From contig JAWBQY010000005.1 of NCBI GenBank assembly GCA_038844925.1, forward strand, positions 6,325 to 70,324: a stretch of 64,000 bases of DNA, in the 5' to 3' direction. The DNA is from Sulfolobales archaeon (GTDB lineage Archaea > Thermoproteota > Thermoprotei_A > Sulfolobales > NBVN01). The notes below the pieces were generated by a model. That model searched no databases. It saw nothing but the letters and a program-made list of their open reading frames with translations, and was not told the origin of the DNA. Shown here piece after piece: positions 8,176 through 16,956 of the stretch. Position numbers and translations under genes: made by a program. Numbering within the stretch: position 1 is the first letter of the stretch; each line of letters begins with the position of its first letter.

Positions 8176-9387
8176 TTGGGCATTGATGATATGTTTAAGA
8201 GAATTGTTGAGAGGAGTTTAACGTCTAAGATATTTAATGATAGGGAAGTTTTAAGGCCGGATTACATACCTAATGAATTGCCGCATAGGGATGAGCAGAT
8301 AAGTAAGATAAGTTCTATACTAGCTCCTATCTTCAGAGGTGAGAGGCCAAGTAATATATTCATCTACGGGTTGACTGGGACCGGGAAAACAGCAGTTGTT
8401 AAATACGTCTTAATGAAGTTTGAAGAATATACTAATAAGTTTGGGAGGTCTTTTAAGTACAGCTATATTAACTGCAGGTATGATGACACTACGTATAGGG
8501 TCTTAGCTAGGTTGGCCGACTCTGTAGGTATTAAGATACCGTTTACGGGGCTTTCAACTTCAGAGGTTTTCAGAAGGATTGTGTTAGCCTTAGATGGTAT
8601 GGGGGTACCGTTGGTTGTGATCTTAGATGAGGTTGACTCGCTTGTGAAGAAATGCGGTGATGAACTACTTTACAGGTTGACTAGAGTTAACGAAGAGCTT
8701 AAGAAAGGGAAGGTAACAATAGTTGGTATAACTAACGATGTTAACTTTATTGAGAGGTTGGACCCCAGGGTTAAGTCAAGCCTCGGCGAGGAGGAGGTTA
8801 TCTTCCCACCATATGACGCACTCCAGCTCGAAGACATACTCTCACGTAGGGCTGTTAAAGCCTTCAGACCCGAGGTACTTGATGAAGGCGTTATTTCACT
8901 ATGCGCGTCGATAGCTGCTAAAGAACATGGAGATGCTAGGAGGGCTTTAGACCTGTTAAGAGTTGCTGGTGAGATAGCTGAGAGGAAGGGGGATGGCAAG
9001 GTTACTAAGGAGCATGTACTAATGGCTAGGACGGAAATAGAGAGAGATAGAGTTGCTGAAGTTATTAAGACCTTACCACTACATAGTAAGTTAGTACTAC
9101 TCTCACTAACCATAGACGGCGGTGATAGTAGAACTACTGGAGACGTCTACAACATATATAGAGAATTATGTAGGAATTTAAGCGTAGACCCAGTCACGCA
9201 GAGGAGGGTTAGCGACATAATTAGTGAGTTAGACATGCTTGGAATAATAAACGCTAAAGTGGTTAATAGGGGTAGGTATGGGAAGACGAGGATTATAAGC
9301 CTCAATGTAGACTTAAATACCTTAATTAAGGTGTTGAAGGAGGAAGGAAGGCTTGAAAACATTATTAAGAACTTTCGGAGTAGATGA
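8176..9387 (+). CDS. cdc6: Orc1/Cdc6 replication initiator
   Basis: The LRPDYIPNELPHRDEQ N-terminal signature is present, along with Walker A GLTGTGKT and Walker B VVILDEVD. AAA+ lid motifs (GDARRALDLLR) and a C-terminal winged helix are also present. Confidence 0.95.
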   Translation: MGIDDMFKRIVERSLTSKIFNDREVLRPDYIPNELPHRDEQISKISSILAPIFRGERPSNIFIYGLTGTGKTAVVKYVLMKFEEYTNKFGRSFKYSYINCRYDDTTYRVLARLADSVGIKIPFTGLSTSEVFRRIVLALDGMGVPLVVILDEVDSLVKKCGDELLYRLTRVNEELKKGKVTIVGITNDVNFIERLDPRVKSSLGEEEVIFPPYDALQLEDILSRRAVKAFRPEVLDEGVISLCASIAAKEHGDARRALDLLRVAGEIAERKGDGKVTKEHVLMARTEIERDRVAEVIKTLPLHSKLVLLSLTIDGGDSRTTGDVYNIYRELCRNLSVDPVTQRRVSDIISELDMLGIINAKVVNRGRYGKTRIISLNVDLNTLIKVLKEEGRLENIIKNFRSR

Positions 9388-9943
9388 TGGGTACTTCCCA
9401 CCGACTTATAAAAAATCCGATAGGAAGACCCTACTAGTTGCAACCTCATGTGAAGGTTTAAACCTAGTAGCCGTTAGGCTAACTACGATAACAGTTGACG
9501 GCTTAGATGGGACTGAAGCAGTGCTCAGATGCGTTAAATCTCTAGGCGATACACACTCAGCCATATTTCTCGACGGAGTCACATACGCAGGTTTTAACGT
9601 CGTAGACTCAGAAACTATCTACCGTGAGACCTCAACACCCGTAATAATCGTGTTCAAACATAGTTTAAACCTTAAATTAATTAAGGAAGCACTCATGAGG
9701 AACTTCAATGATTGGCTAGAGAGGTATGAGGTCATAGAGAGGGGCTACCGAAACGCATCTGAAGTCATAACACCTAAAGGCCCCCTACTCATATCATGTG
9801 TAGGTACTACTCATGCTAATGCGCTTAACATCTTATTAAGCCTTCAGAACATTAACCAATACCCGGAACCACTTAGAATTGCTGATATGATAGCATCAGG
9901 ACTTACTAGAAATCCATACATATTAAACATCATCAATCAGTAA
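9353..9943 (+). CDS. DUF99 / UPF0215 family protein (endonuclease-V-like fold)
   Basis: The N-terminal FGVDDGYF motif and ~190 aa size are typical of archaeal UPF0215. It overlaps the cdc6 3' end by 35 nt. Confidence 0.7.
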   Translation: MKTLLRTFGVDDGYFPPTYKKSDRKTLLVATSCEGLNLVAVRLTTITVDGLDGTEAVLRCVKSLGDTHSAIFLDGVTYAGFNVVDSETIYRETSTPVIIVFKHSLNLKLIKEALMRNFNDWLERYEVIERGYRNASEVITPKGPLLISCVGTTHANALNILLSLQNINQYPEPLRIADMIASGLTRNPYILNIINQ

Positions 9944-9944
9944 C

Positions 9945-11300
9945 TCAACATCTCCCTCTAATCACTTTAAGCATCTCTAATAACTTATGATTGAACTCAT
10001 AATCAACTACCCCTCCATCAACATCAACTTTAAACTTAACAATGCCGTCCATTATAATTGATAATATGACTTCAGGTATGTCCTTAGATAGGTAAGCCCT
10101 CCTCATTACGGGGAGAACTACGCAGAGGTTCTCTACGTTAATACCGAAATTATCTAGCCTCTTATTAAACTCTTCTCGTCCTCTAACACCTTCAAGTACA
10201 TAGAGGCTGCGTGCTAAGCCAACCAAATCACCTAAAGTAACCTTCTTATAAGTACTTGAAGAAGACTTCAACATGACTGATTCGTAGAAGATACTGTAAA
10301 CCCATGACTCCTCAAAATCACTAATATTAGGATGTTGTAGTCCTAAGGTATGACCTACTTCATGGATTATTAAGTCAGCATTCCTCAAACTTAAGAAGAT
10401 GTATCTCCCAATGGTAAGAGCTAGTAATACCTCCCCATTAAATTCAACTGGTTTTGGAATTTCAATAATTACTATTACATCATCGTTAAACAATCCTTTT
10501 AAAGAGTTCAAAATGCTATGAACATCTTCTAATACCATCCTATCACTCTCAGTGATTAGGAAGGTATTATTGAAATGCGGGCTATTTACAAATATTATGG
10601 AAGTATCATAGTTAAATACTAATTCTAGAATAGATTTCCAAACATCGAATGCCTCTATATAGGAGTTAGGTAATGACCCACTGGGCACTACATAATAGGA
10701 GTATGCACACTTACCTAAATCGCAGCCTAAGTCCTCATAGGTTAGGACCGCAGCTCTCAGCTTAATCACACCATTTGATAAGTATTTTACCGCAGGGATT
10801 ATGTCGCCTTCGTAGTAGTTTACTAGGCAGAATTTACTGTAGTTAAATACTCCTAAATCTTTCTCCAGTTTTAGTGTTTGAATATCTCCATTACGGGTAG
10901 TTATATTAACCACAGCTATCCTACTAACTTTATTGTTTGTTAAATCTACTTCATCAATTATTAAGCCTCTAAAGTACTTACTACCTAATATCAGGTCTGG
11001 AGGTTCGGAGCGATCTTCGTAGATGATTTTCGAAACGCATATTAAGCCGTTACATACCCTCGCAATCTTCGACTCATTTATTAAAGTATCACACCATACG
11101 TCCAACATCACAGTCTGATGATCGCAAATGTCGAAACCCACAGCCTTCTTACTATACATGCCTAATAATTTAGTAGTTAATAACCCACCTGAAAGTATGT
11201 AAGTAGATAGCATAATAACTATGAGTGCTACTATCAGTAGTAGTGCTGGTGAGGAAGTCCTAACTATTATGAGGTTTCCCTTTACCAACTTTAGCAACAA
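9945..11300 (-). CDS. membrane-anchored metzincin-like zinc metalloprotease (unclassified)
   Basis: The N-terminal TM anchor (ALLLIVALIVIMLSTYIL) is followed by an extracytoplasmic region with paired Cys. It carries the extended zinc motif HEVGHTLGLQH (HExxHxxGxxH). Confidence 0.6.
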   Translation of the reverse strand: MLLKLVKGNLIIVRTSSPALLLIVALIVIMLSTYILSGGLLTTKLLGMYSKKAVGFDICDHQTVMLDVWCDTLINESKIARVCNGLICVSKIIYEDRSEPPDLILGSKYFRGLIIDEVDLTNNKVSRIAVVNITTRNGDIQTLKLEKDLGVFNYSKFCLVNYYEGDIIPAVKYLSNGVIKLRAAVLTYEDLGCDLGKCAYSYYVVPSGSLPNSYIEAFDVWKSILELVFNYDTSIIFVNSPHFNNTFLITESDRMVLEDVHSILNSLKGLFNDDVIVIIEIPKPVEFNGEVLLALTIGRYIFLSLRNADLIIHEVGHTLGLQHPNISDFEESWVYSIFYESVMLKSSSSTYKKVTLGDLVGLARSLYVLEGVRGREEFNKRLDNFGINVENLCVVLPVMRRAYLSKDIPEVILSIIMDGIVKFKVDVDGGVVDYEFNHKLLEMLKVIRGRC

Positions 11301-11381
11301 AGTTATTAAAGATATGGAGAGTTGGAAAATCGTCAGCCTACCGCTATGATCGAGAGGGCTTAAAGTTAAGGATGTTTGAGT

Positions 11382-12269
11382 CTAAATCCTACATAAATTA
11401 TGTGTTCTTAGCATGCAGACATCGCATTTACCCTTCTTACATAAAGTTTTTACATGTACGTAGACGACTGTCTGCATGTAGCCTAAAGCACTTCCGAAGA
11501 CCTCCTTTAAATACCCTACAATGCAATTATGTTTGCAGTTCCTACACTCATACTTCAAACATAACTTCTTAATTGGTTGACCTACGTTTAATCCCAATAC
11601 TTTGTTAGTAAAGTAAGTTAGGTGGGTATCTGCTGGGGCTATATCAGTGCACCGCATCGCATGTAGTAGGTATGCGTAAACTATCTTAGGGCCTACTCCC
11701 CTAACCTCTAATAAGGAATTTCTAACTGCATCGACATCACCTCTAATGACGTAAGGTCTAACATTATACATGTAATTCCTTAGAGCAGTATTTAACTCCT
11801 TCGTTTGAGGTGATTTAAACATCTCAGAAACGTTAATGTTTAATATTTCATCTACATTATCTACTATGCTAAAGATCTTATCTATCCAGGATAGAACGTT
11901 GCTATGGTAGGACGTCCTCTTAGATAGAAATGTTGCTATGAATATGTAGTCGAAGTCTTTACTAGCCGTAGAGAGTCCGACCCCCCTCCACTGCATGATT
12001 AAGTAGTAGTATACATCGTTAAATTTAGGGTCTACATGACTTATTAGATTTAAGGGGTCTTCTACAATCCCGCAGAGCTCCTTCACATAGTTTAAGTCGT
12101 AGTCACTGTGACGTACTTTGACACCATTTAAATAATCCTCGAACGCCAACCCTCTGTACAGACCTAACCTCTTCACGTAAGTATTACCTACACTTTTAAG
12201 TAATGAGAGTGTGAATGATGGATATAGCGTTAGCTTGAGTGAGTATCCATCCCAAGCCCTGAGGATCAT
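11382..12269 (-). CDS. HhH-GPD superfamily DNA glycosylase-like protein with Cys-rich C-terminus
   Basis: The helix-hairpin-helix LLEVRGVGPKIVYAYLL is followed by APADTHL (catalytic Asp region). C-terminal clusters are CLKYECRNCKHNC and CKKGKCDVCMLRTHNLC. Confidence 0.6.
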   Translation of the reverse strand: MILRAWDGYSLKLTLYPSFTLSLLKSVGNTYVKRLGLYRGLAFEDYLNGVKVRHSDYDLNYVKELCGIVEDPLNLISHVDPKFNDVYYYLIMQWRGVGLSTASKDFDYIFIATFLSKRTSYHSNVLSWIDKIFSIVDNVDEILNINVSEMFKSPQTKELNTALRNYMYNVRPYVIRGDVDAVRNSLLEVRGVGPKIVYAYLLHAMRCTDIAPADTHLTYFTNKVLGLNVGQPIKKLCLKYECRNCKHNCIVGYLKEVFGSALGYMQTVVYVHVKTLCKKGKCDVCMLRTHNLCRI

Positions 12270-12318
12270 TACGGGCTAACTCCAAGTAGAGCTTAATTAC
12301 CAATCGTATTAAATAATT

Positions 12319-13047
12319 TCATGAAGTATTAGACCCCTCACTCCTAACCCTTACTCCATCGCCTAAGACCCAGTAAGAACCATCGTCCCTTATTTCAAGT
12401 TTCCATATCCCCGTCTCATGTTTAACCCTCTCTACGATTTCAGTTAATGCTGGAATTACATCACGCCTACTAACACCTGCCACAATAACGTAGAAGACCT
12501 CATCTCCCTGCCTATAACTACCCACCCTATGTAAGACCTTAACGGCTTTAATCCTATCATTCTTAGCTACTACCTCCTGTAAGATCCTATTTAAAGCTCT
12601 TAGCGTGAATTCCTCATTAGATTCGTATACCAGCTCACGAACCTTCACACCGTTAACCACCCCCTTAACAAAGCCTACATAAATAGCTATAGCTCCAGAA
12701 GTCTCAATCCCGTTAACAGTCTTAACCTCCCTAATCAATTCATCAAGTGATACGTTATCATCCTTACGTAGGAGTCTAACCTCTATAGAACCACCTGAGG
12801 ACGGCGGCATTAAGTCTACAACATCACCTTCTTTTAAAGCTGTCTTCAAATCCGCATCTGATATTGGGTGGGAATTACGTAGGACTATATAGGCACCAGA
12901 GTCTATAAAACTCCCAAGTTTTGGGTACTTCCTAGCTAATTCATTAAGTAATTCCTTTAAGGATGTATCATCACGTAGGGATAGTATCTCCTCGGAACGT
13001 CTTACCAGCTCTCTGAATAACGCATAATACCTTACCTTAATGTTCAA
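12319..13047 (-). CDS. fused molybdopterin synthase: MoaD (sulfur carrier) - MoaE (catalytic subunit)
   Basis: Residues 1-86 are ThiS/MoaD-like and end in PPSSGG. The rest carries MoaE motifs (GAIAIYVGFVKG, LVYES, VLHRVGSYRQGDEV, GIWKLE). Confidence 0.85.
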   Translation of the reverse strand: MNIKVRYYALFRELVRRSEEILSLRDDTSLKELLNELARKYPKLGSFIDSGAYIVLRNSHPISDADLKTALKEGDVVDLMPPSSGGSIEVRLLRKDDNVSLDELIREVKTVNGIETSGAIAIYVGFVKGVVNGVKVRELVYESNEEFTLRALNRILQEVVAKNDRIKAVKVLHRVGSYRQGDEVFYVIVAGVSRRDVIPALTEIVERVKHETGIWKLEIRDDGSYWVLGDGVRVRSEGSNTS

Positions 13048-13083
13048 ACTGTCTCAACCTCCTAAATAACCACTTACTAGTAA

Positions 13084-13773
13084 TTATTCCGCCTTTAAAA
13101 CTTCACTTAAATACCTAGCATAACAGAACATTGACAAATACTTTAAAGTCCTCTCAACAGCTTCCTTAACCAGTAGATGAGGAACACCTGGAGCACCATA
13201 TGCAACTACTAATACGCTCTGAGTGTTTAAGTTCACTAAGGCTGTCTTTGAGTCCCTATGGGGATATAGGTGTAGGATGGAGTTCGAGTCAGCGAGAACT
13301 ATTTCACATCCCTTCAACTCCCTCACATTATCATCAATGTCTACAATCTTCTCACCAGGTTTAGAATACCGAAGTTCTAATGGCCCCCTAACCCTACTCA
13401 AATCAAACACACTGATAGGTATTAAAGTCTCTAAACTAGCTATATTGCAGGCATCAACAACGTTGTTTATGTGGGGGAAGGAACCACTTTTAAGCACCCT
13501 CCTCAGTAAGGCCTCACTACTCACTCTAGTCTTAGTGGGGTCTATCCCCAACCTCCACATAATATCCCTATAAGACCTAATTGTAGGTACGTCCTTAACC
13601 CTCTCAACGTTATAATAACTTAATAAGCTACTGACTAACTTCCTACAGTACTCCCTTACATCAACTCTACCCTTCTCTACAACGACCCCTCCTGCAAAAC
13701 CGTAGTAGGAGGAGATACCTAATAACTTAACCTCACGACTCACTATGAACTCTATACCCATACATACCAACAC
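13084..13773 (-). CDS. free-standing B3/B4 (PheT-like tRNA-binding/editing) domain protein
   Basis: LGIDPTKTRVSSEALLRRVLKSGSFPHINNVVDACNIASLETLIPISVFDL matches the B3/B4 domain pattern found in PheRS beta subunits. Confidence 0.65.
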   Translation of the reverse strand: MLVCMGIEFIVSREVKLLGISSYYGFAGGVVVEKGRVDVREYCRKLVSSLLSYYNVERVKDVPTIRSYRDIMWRLGIDPTKTRVSSEALLRRVLKSGSFPHINNVVDACNIASLETLIPISVFDLSRVRGPLELRYSKPGEKIVDIDDNVRELKGCEIVLADSNSILHLYPHRDSKTALVNLNTQSVLVVAYGAPGVPHLLVKEAVERTLKYLSMFCYARYLSEVLKAE

Positions 13774-13816
13774 ATTAATAGTCGTAAACTCAAAGTATTA
13801 AATTAATTAACGAAAG

Positions 13817-14707
13817 TTAAATTAAGTTCAAAGCACTAAACACTACTGCTAACACTACAGAAGACGTAGTTATCGATGTGCCTATCAAATGCCTCAAACC
13901 TAACCTCTCATTACTTAACTTCTTAGATATAAGCTGAGTTATTAAAGGACCTACAGAATTTACCAAGGTTGATACGAAGGTACCTACAGATTTAAGCGCG
14001 TATAGAAATACTAGAAAACCACCAACATGTGTGAAGAATCCCGAGGTGAGTAGGTATAGGAAACTCTGTTTTCCTAAGTACTTAAAGTCATGCAAGTGTT
14101 TAAAACCTAATAATGTGAATAGGACAGCTATGAAGAAAGACCTTAAAGAAGCTATTAATACCGCATCAACATTAAAAGTTAGATACCGACTTATAACTGT
14201 TGCCACACCCCAGAGAATTGCAGGTATATAAGCTATTAAGAAGTTAGCTGACACACTCTTAGAGGAACTACCCTCATCCTTCAACGCAACGTAGATGCCT
14301 AGGAGGGCTAGAGGGGTGAAGAAGACTGCGTAAATACCCCTCACCTCATTAAGTATGAGGAATGCTAAGATCTGAGCTATTAATATATACTGGTAAGCTA
14401 TTAATATAGCCCTCCAGCTACCAATCCTTTTAATAGCCTCTATATAGAAGAGATCGCTAACACCTACTAAGATAGCACTTACTAATATCAATACTACGTC
14501 GTAGTAATCTACCGTACATACGAATATCCTAGACACCGTTAGAGGTAGTAATATTAGGAATGCGGCTAACCCCCTAATACCTGTCACAGCAGCTAAACTC
14601 GTATCAGATTTAATCCCCTGCTTAATCGCTATAGGTGCTAAAGACCATGAGATAGTGGCTAAGACCGCTGCCCCAACACCAGTTAACGAGTCACTCATAA
14701 TATTCAC
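13817..14707 (-). CDS. EamA/DMT family transporter
   Basis: About 10 TM helices arranged as two EamA-like halves. Confidence 0.75.
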   Translation of the reverse strand: MNIMSDSLTGVGAAVLATISWSLAPIAIKQGIKSDTSLAAVTGIRGLAAFLILLPLTVSRIFVCTVDYYDVVLILVSAILVGVSDLFYIEAIKRIGSWRAILIAYQYILIAQILAFLILNEVRGIYAVFFTPLALLGIYVALKDEGSSSKSVSANFLIAYIPAILWGVATVISRYLTFNVDAVLIASLRSFFIAVLFTLLGFKHLHDFKYLGKQSFLYLLTSGFFTHVGGFLVFLYALKSVGTFVSTLVNSVGPLITQLISKKLSNERLGLRHLIGTSITTSSVVLAVVFSALNLI

Positions 14708-14741
14708 AAATACGTTAAGTAGTGAATAGGAATATAAGCTA

Positions 14742-15782
14742 TCAGCAAATCCTAGGTACTGGGGAGGATGAAGGCTCTACAAAAGTTAAACCACCTACCT
14801 CAGTTTTAGCAAGAACCCTACCTCTTACCAACTCTGAGAACGGTTTAACAACTTCCCCTATGATTGAGGAATGACTAAGACCTAAACTACGGAGCTTTTC
14901 CACAACCTCATCAGCAACCTCAGGATCTACGGCTAATACTGCAATACCCTCCGAAGCTACGTTAAGTGGTTCTATCCCCAACATATCTAAGAACTTCCTC
15001 ACATGATCTCTTATAGGTATCCTACCCCTCTCAACAACTATTGTGAGTTCCTTACCGACCACCCACTCATTCAGTGTTGAAGCTAAGCCACCCCTCGTAG
15101 GGTCTCTAGCAGCGTGTATATACTCACCATAAGTGTCTAATATGGGTAACAGGTACTTAGATAGTGGTCTAACATCGCTTGATAGACCTTTAACATTATC
15201 AAGCAATCCTAGCTGAGAAGCTATTATAGTAGCCCCATGCTCTGCTATAGGTCCAGTAACGATTACCTTATCCCCAGACCTTATGTTAGTATCAACGATT
15301 AACCTACGTGCTATCCCTATACCAGCCGTAGTTATTATGACTCCATCTAAGGCGTTTTTAGGCATGACCTTAAAATCACCTCCTAATATGGCAACACCTT
15401 CGGATATAGCTGTATTTACTAAAGACTTAACCAAGCTATCTAGTAAGCCTACCTCAATACCGTCTTCAACAACTATGGCATCTACTAAACCTATAGGTCT
15501 AGCCCCCATCATAAGTAAGTCATTAATAGTTCCCGAAGCTGCCAAACTCCCTAAATCACCTCCTGGGAAGACGAGAGGTTTAACAGTATACGAATCTATA
15601 CTTACAACTACGAACTCATCACCAACTTTAATGGCTACCCCATCATCCAACGCCTCAAGACCAACCCCATTTAAAACCCTCTTAAAGCCTTCAGGAACTT
15701 TAGAAACTATTAGCTCGTTAATAATATCCCACATCTCCTTACCCCCACCACCATGGCTTAGCGTCACAATCTTTGGTAACAT
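14742..15782 (-). CDS. hypE: hydrogenase maturation protein HypE (AIR-synthase fold)
   Basis: The N-terminus is LSHGGGGKEM, with PurM-like domains, and the protein ends in the HypE-specific C-terminal PRIC motif. Confidence 0.8.
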   Translation of the reverse strand: MLPKIVTLSHGGGGKEMWDIINELIVSKVPEGFKRVLNGVGLEALDDGVAIKVGDEFVVVSIDSYTVKPLVFPGGDLGSLAASGTINDLLMMGARPIGLVDAIVVEDGIEVGLLDSLVKSLVNTAISEGVAILGGDFKVMPKNALDGVIITTAGIGIARRLIVDTNIRSGDKVIVTGPIAEHGATIIASQLGLLDNVKGLSSDVRPLSKYLLPILDTYGEYIHAARDPTRGGLASTLNEWVVGKELTIVVERGRIPIRDHVRKFLDMLGIEPLNVASEGIAVLAVDPEVADEVVEKLRSLGLSHSSIIGEVVKPFSELVRGRVLAKTEVGGLTFVEPSSSPVPRIC

Positions 15783-15836
15783 CCTTAAACACCTCCTTAC
15801 CTTTTAATTCCTACGAGTTAATTAACGCTACTGGTT

Positions 15837-16952
15837 TTAGTAACGGTCGCTTAATAACCACTCATTACCTACGAATACATTCCTCAACCCTAAATCACGC
15901 ATAATCCTTATAGATTCACGCATATGCGCCTTACTAGTAGTTGGTAAATCAGTTAACATGAAGTCAGGACGGAAGGCTAGGAGGACAACCGGTATCTCAG
16001 TATTTAACGATGCCAGAAACTCCGCAATACTTCTAACCTCTATAAGGTCTACGTAACCTGGAACGAGTAGGATGCTGACCACCAATAACGGTGGTTCCTC
16101 CCTCAGGCTCATGTAGGTAGAAACTAATTTAATGTTTTCCTTAACCCTTTCAACTGCATCAACACCTGTTAGGGCGTGGTATATCTTAGGTGACCAAGCC
16201 TTAAGGTCTATTTTTACAATACCTCCTGACTCAAGTGAAACCTTAGTAACCTCCTCCATGATCTTCGGGTTTAAAGTACCGTTAGTCTCCCAACATATTC
16301 TTAAAATCCTACTACCGCCAACTTTCTTGAGGACTTCCCTAGAAGTCTTCAACGCATGAATTACGTTTGGTGTTGGATCTCCCCCAAAGTAGCAGATGCA
16401 GGTAACCCTACTATTTAAAGCTGCTTTAACTAATTCATCCACACTCATCCTATGCATGAAGAGTAGCGACTCCCTCCTACCCCTCCAGTTCTGACAGTAG
16501 AGGCAATTCAAAGAACATGTTGCATAGAATACTGCAAGATTGTAATACCCTGCCTCACCATCAGGTCTTAACGAGTATTGAGGAAAGCCCCTACCTGTGA
16601 CTGCTGGACATACAGGAAATGCCACACAGTTAGTTGGATGTACATCGTAGTACCAAGACCCGTACGACACGTCGTAAGAACCCAACACGTGTTTGAGACC
16701 TCCTTCATATAGGTAGTTACCACAGTAACCCAATACATCACTACTTAAGTAGCAGTTATTGATGCAGAGACCGCATCTAAATTCCCCAGCCTCGGCTTTA
16801 GTAGGTGACAATCCAAGCACATTCCGAGCCGTTCTATGAGCTCTGACAACACTCTCAGGTAATTGCGGAGCTCTACGTAAGCATTCAGAGCATAAGCCTA
16901 TAACATCACTTACTGTTACAGACTCCCTACCACATAAACCACATCTTCCTAT
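15837..16952 (-). CDS. radical SAM protein (PflA-like activase family) with N-terminal zinc ribbon; start set at non-canonical ATA (ORF track starts at GTG 16820)
   Basis: The CSLNCLYCQNW (CxxxCxxC) motif is present. The frame is open upstream to TAG at 16968-16970 and encodes CGLCG...CSECL. GGAGGTGAT lies immediately upstream. Confidence 0.75.
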   Translation of the reverse strand: MGRCGLCGRESVTVSDVIGLCSECLRRAPQLPESVVRAHRTARNVLGLSPTKAEAGEFRCGLCINNCYLSSDVLGYCGNYLYEGGLKHVLGSYDVSYGSWYYDVHPTNCVAFPVCPAVTGRGFPQYSLRPDGEAGYYNLAVFYATCSLNCLYCQNWRGRRESLLFMHRMSVDELVKAALNSRVTCICYFGGDPTPNVIHALKTSREVLKKVGGSRILRICWETNGTLNPKIMEEVTKVSLESGGIVKIDLKAWSPKIYHALTGVDAVERVKENIKLVSTYMSLREEPPLLVVSILLVPGYVDLIEVRSIAEFLASLNTEIPVVLLAFRPDFMLTDLPTTSKAHMRESIRIMRDLGLRNVFVGNEWLLSDRY

Positions 16953-16956
16953 GATA

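Noticed and set aside
15283-15807. 174-aa plus-strand ORF antisense to hypE
   Set aside because: It is a shadow ORF. The hypE frame carries clear family motifs including the C-terminal PRIC.
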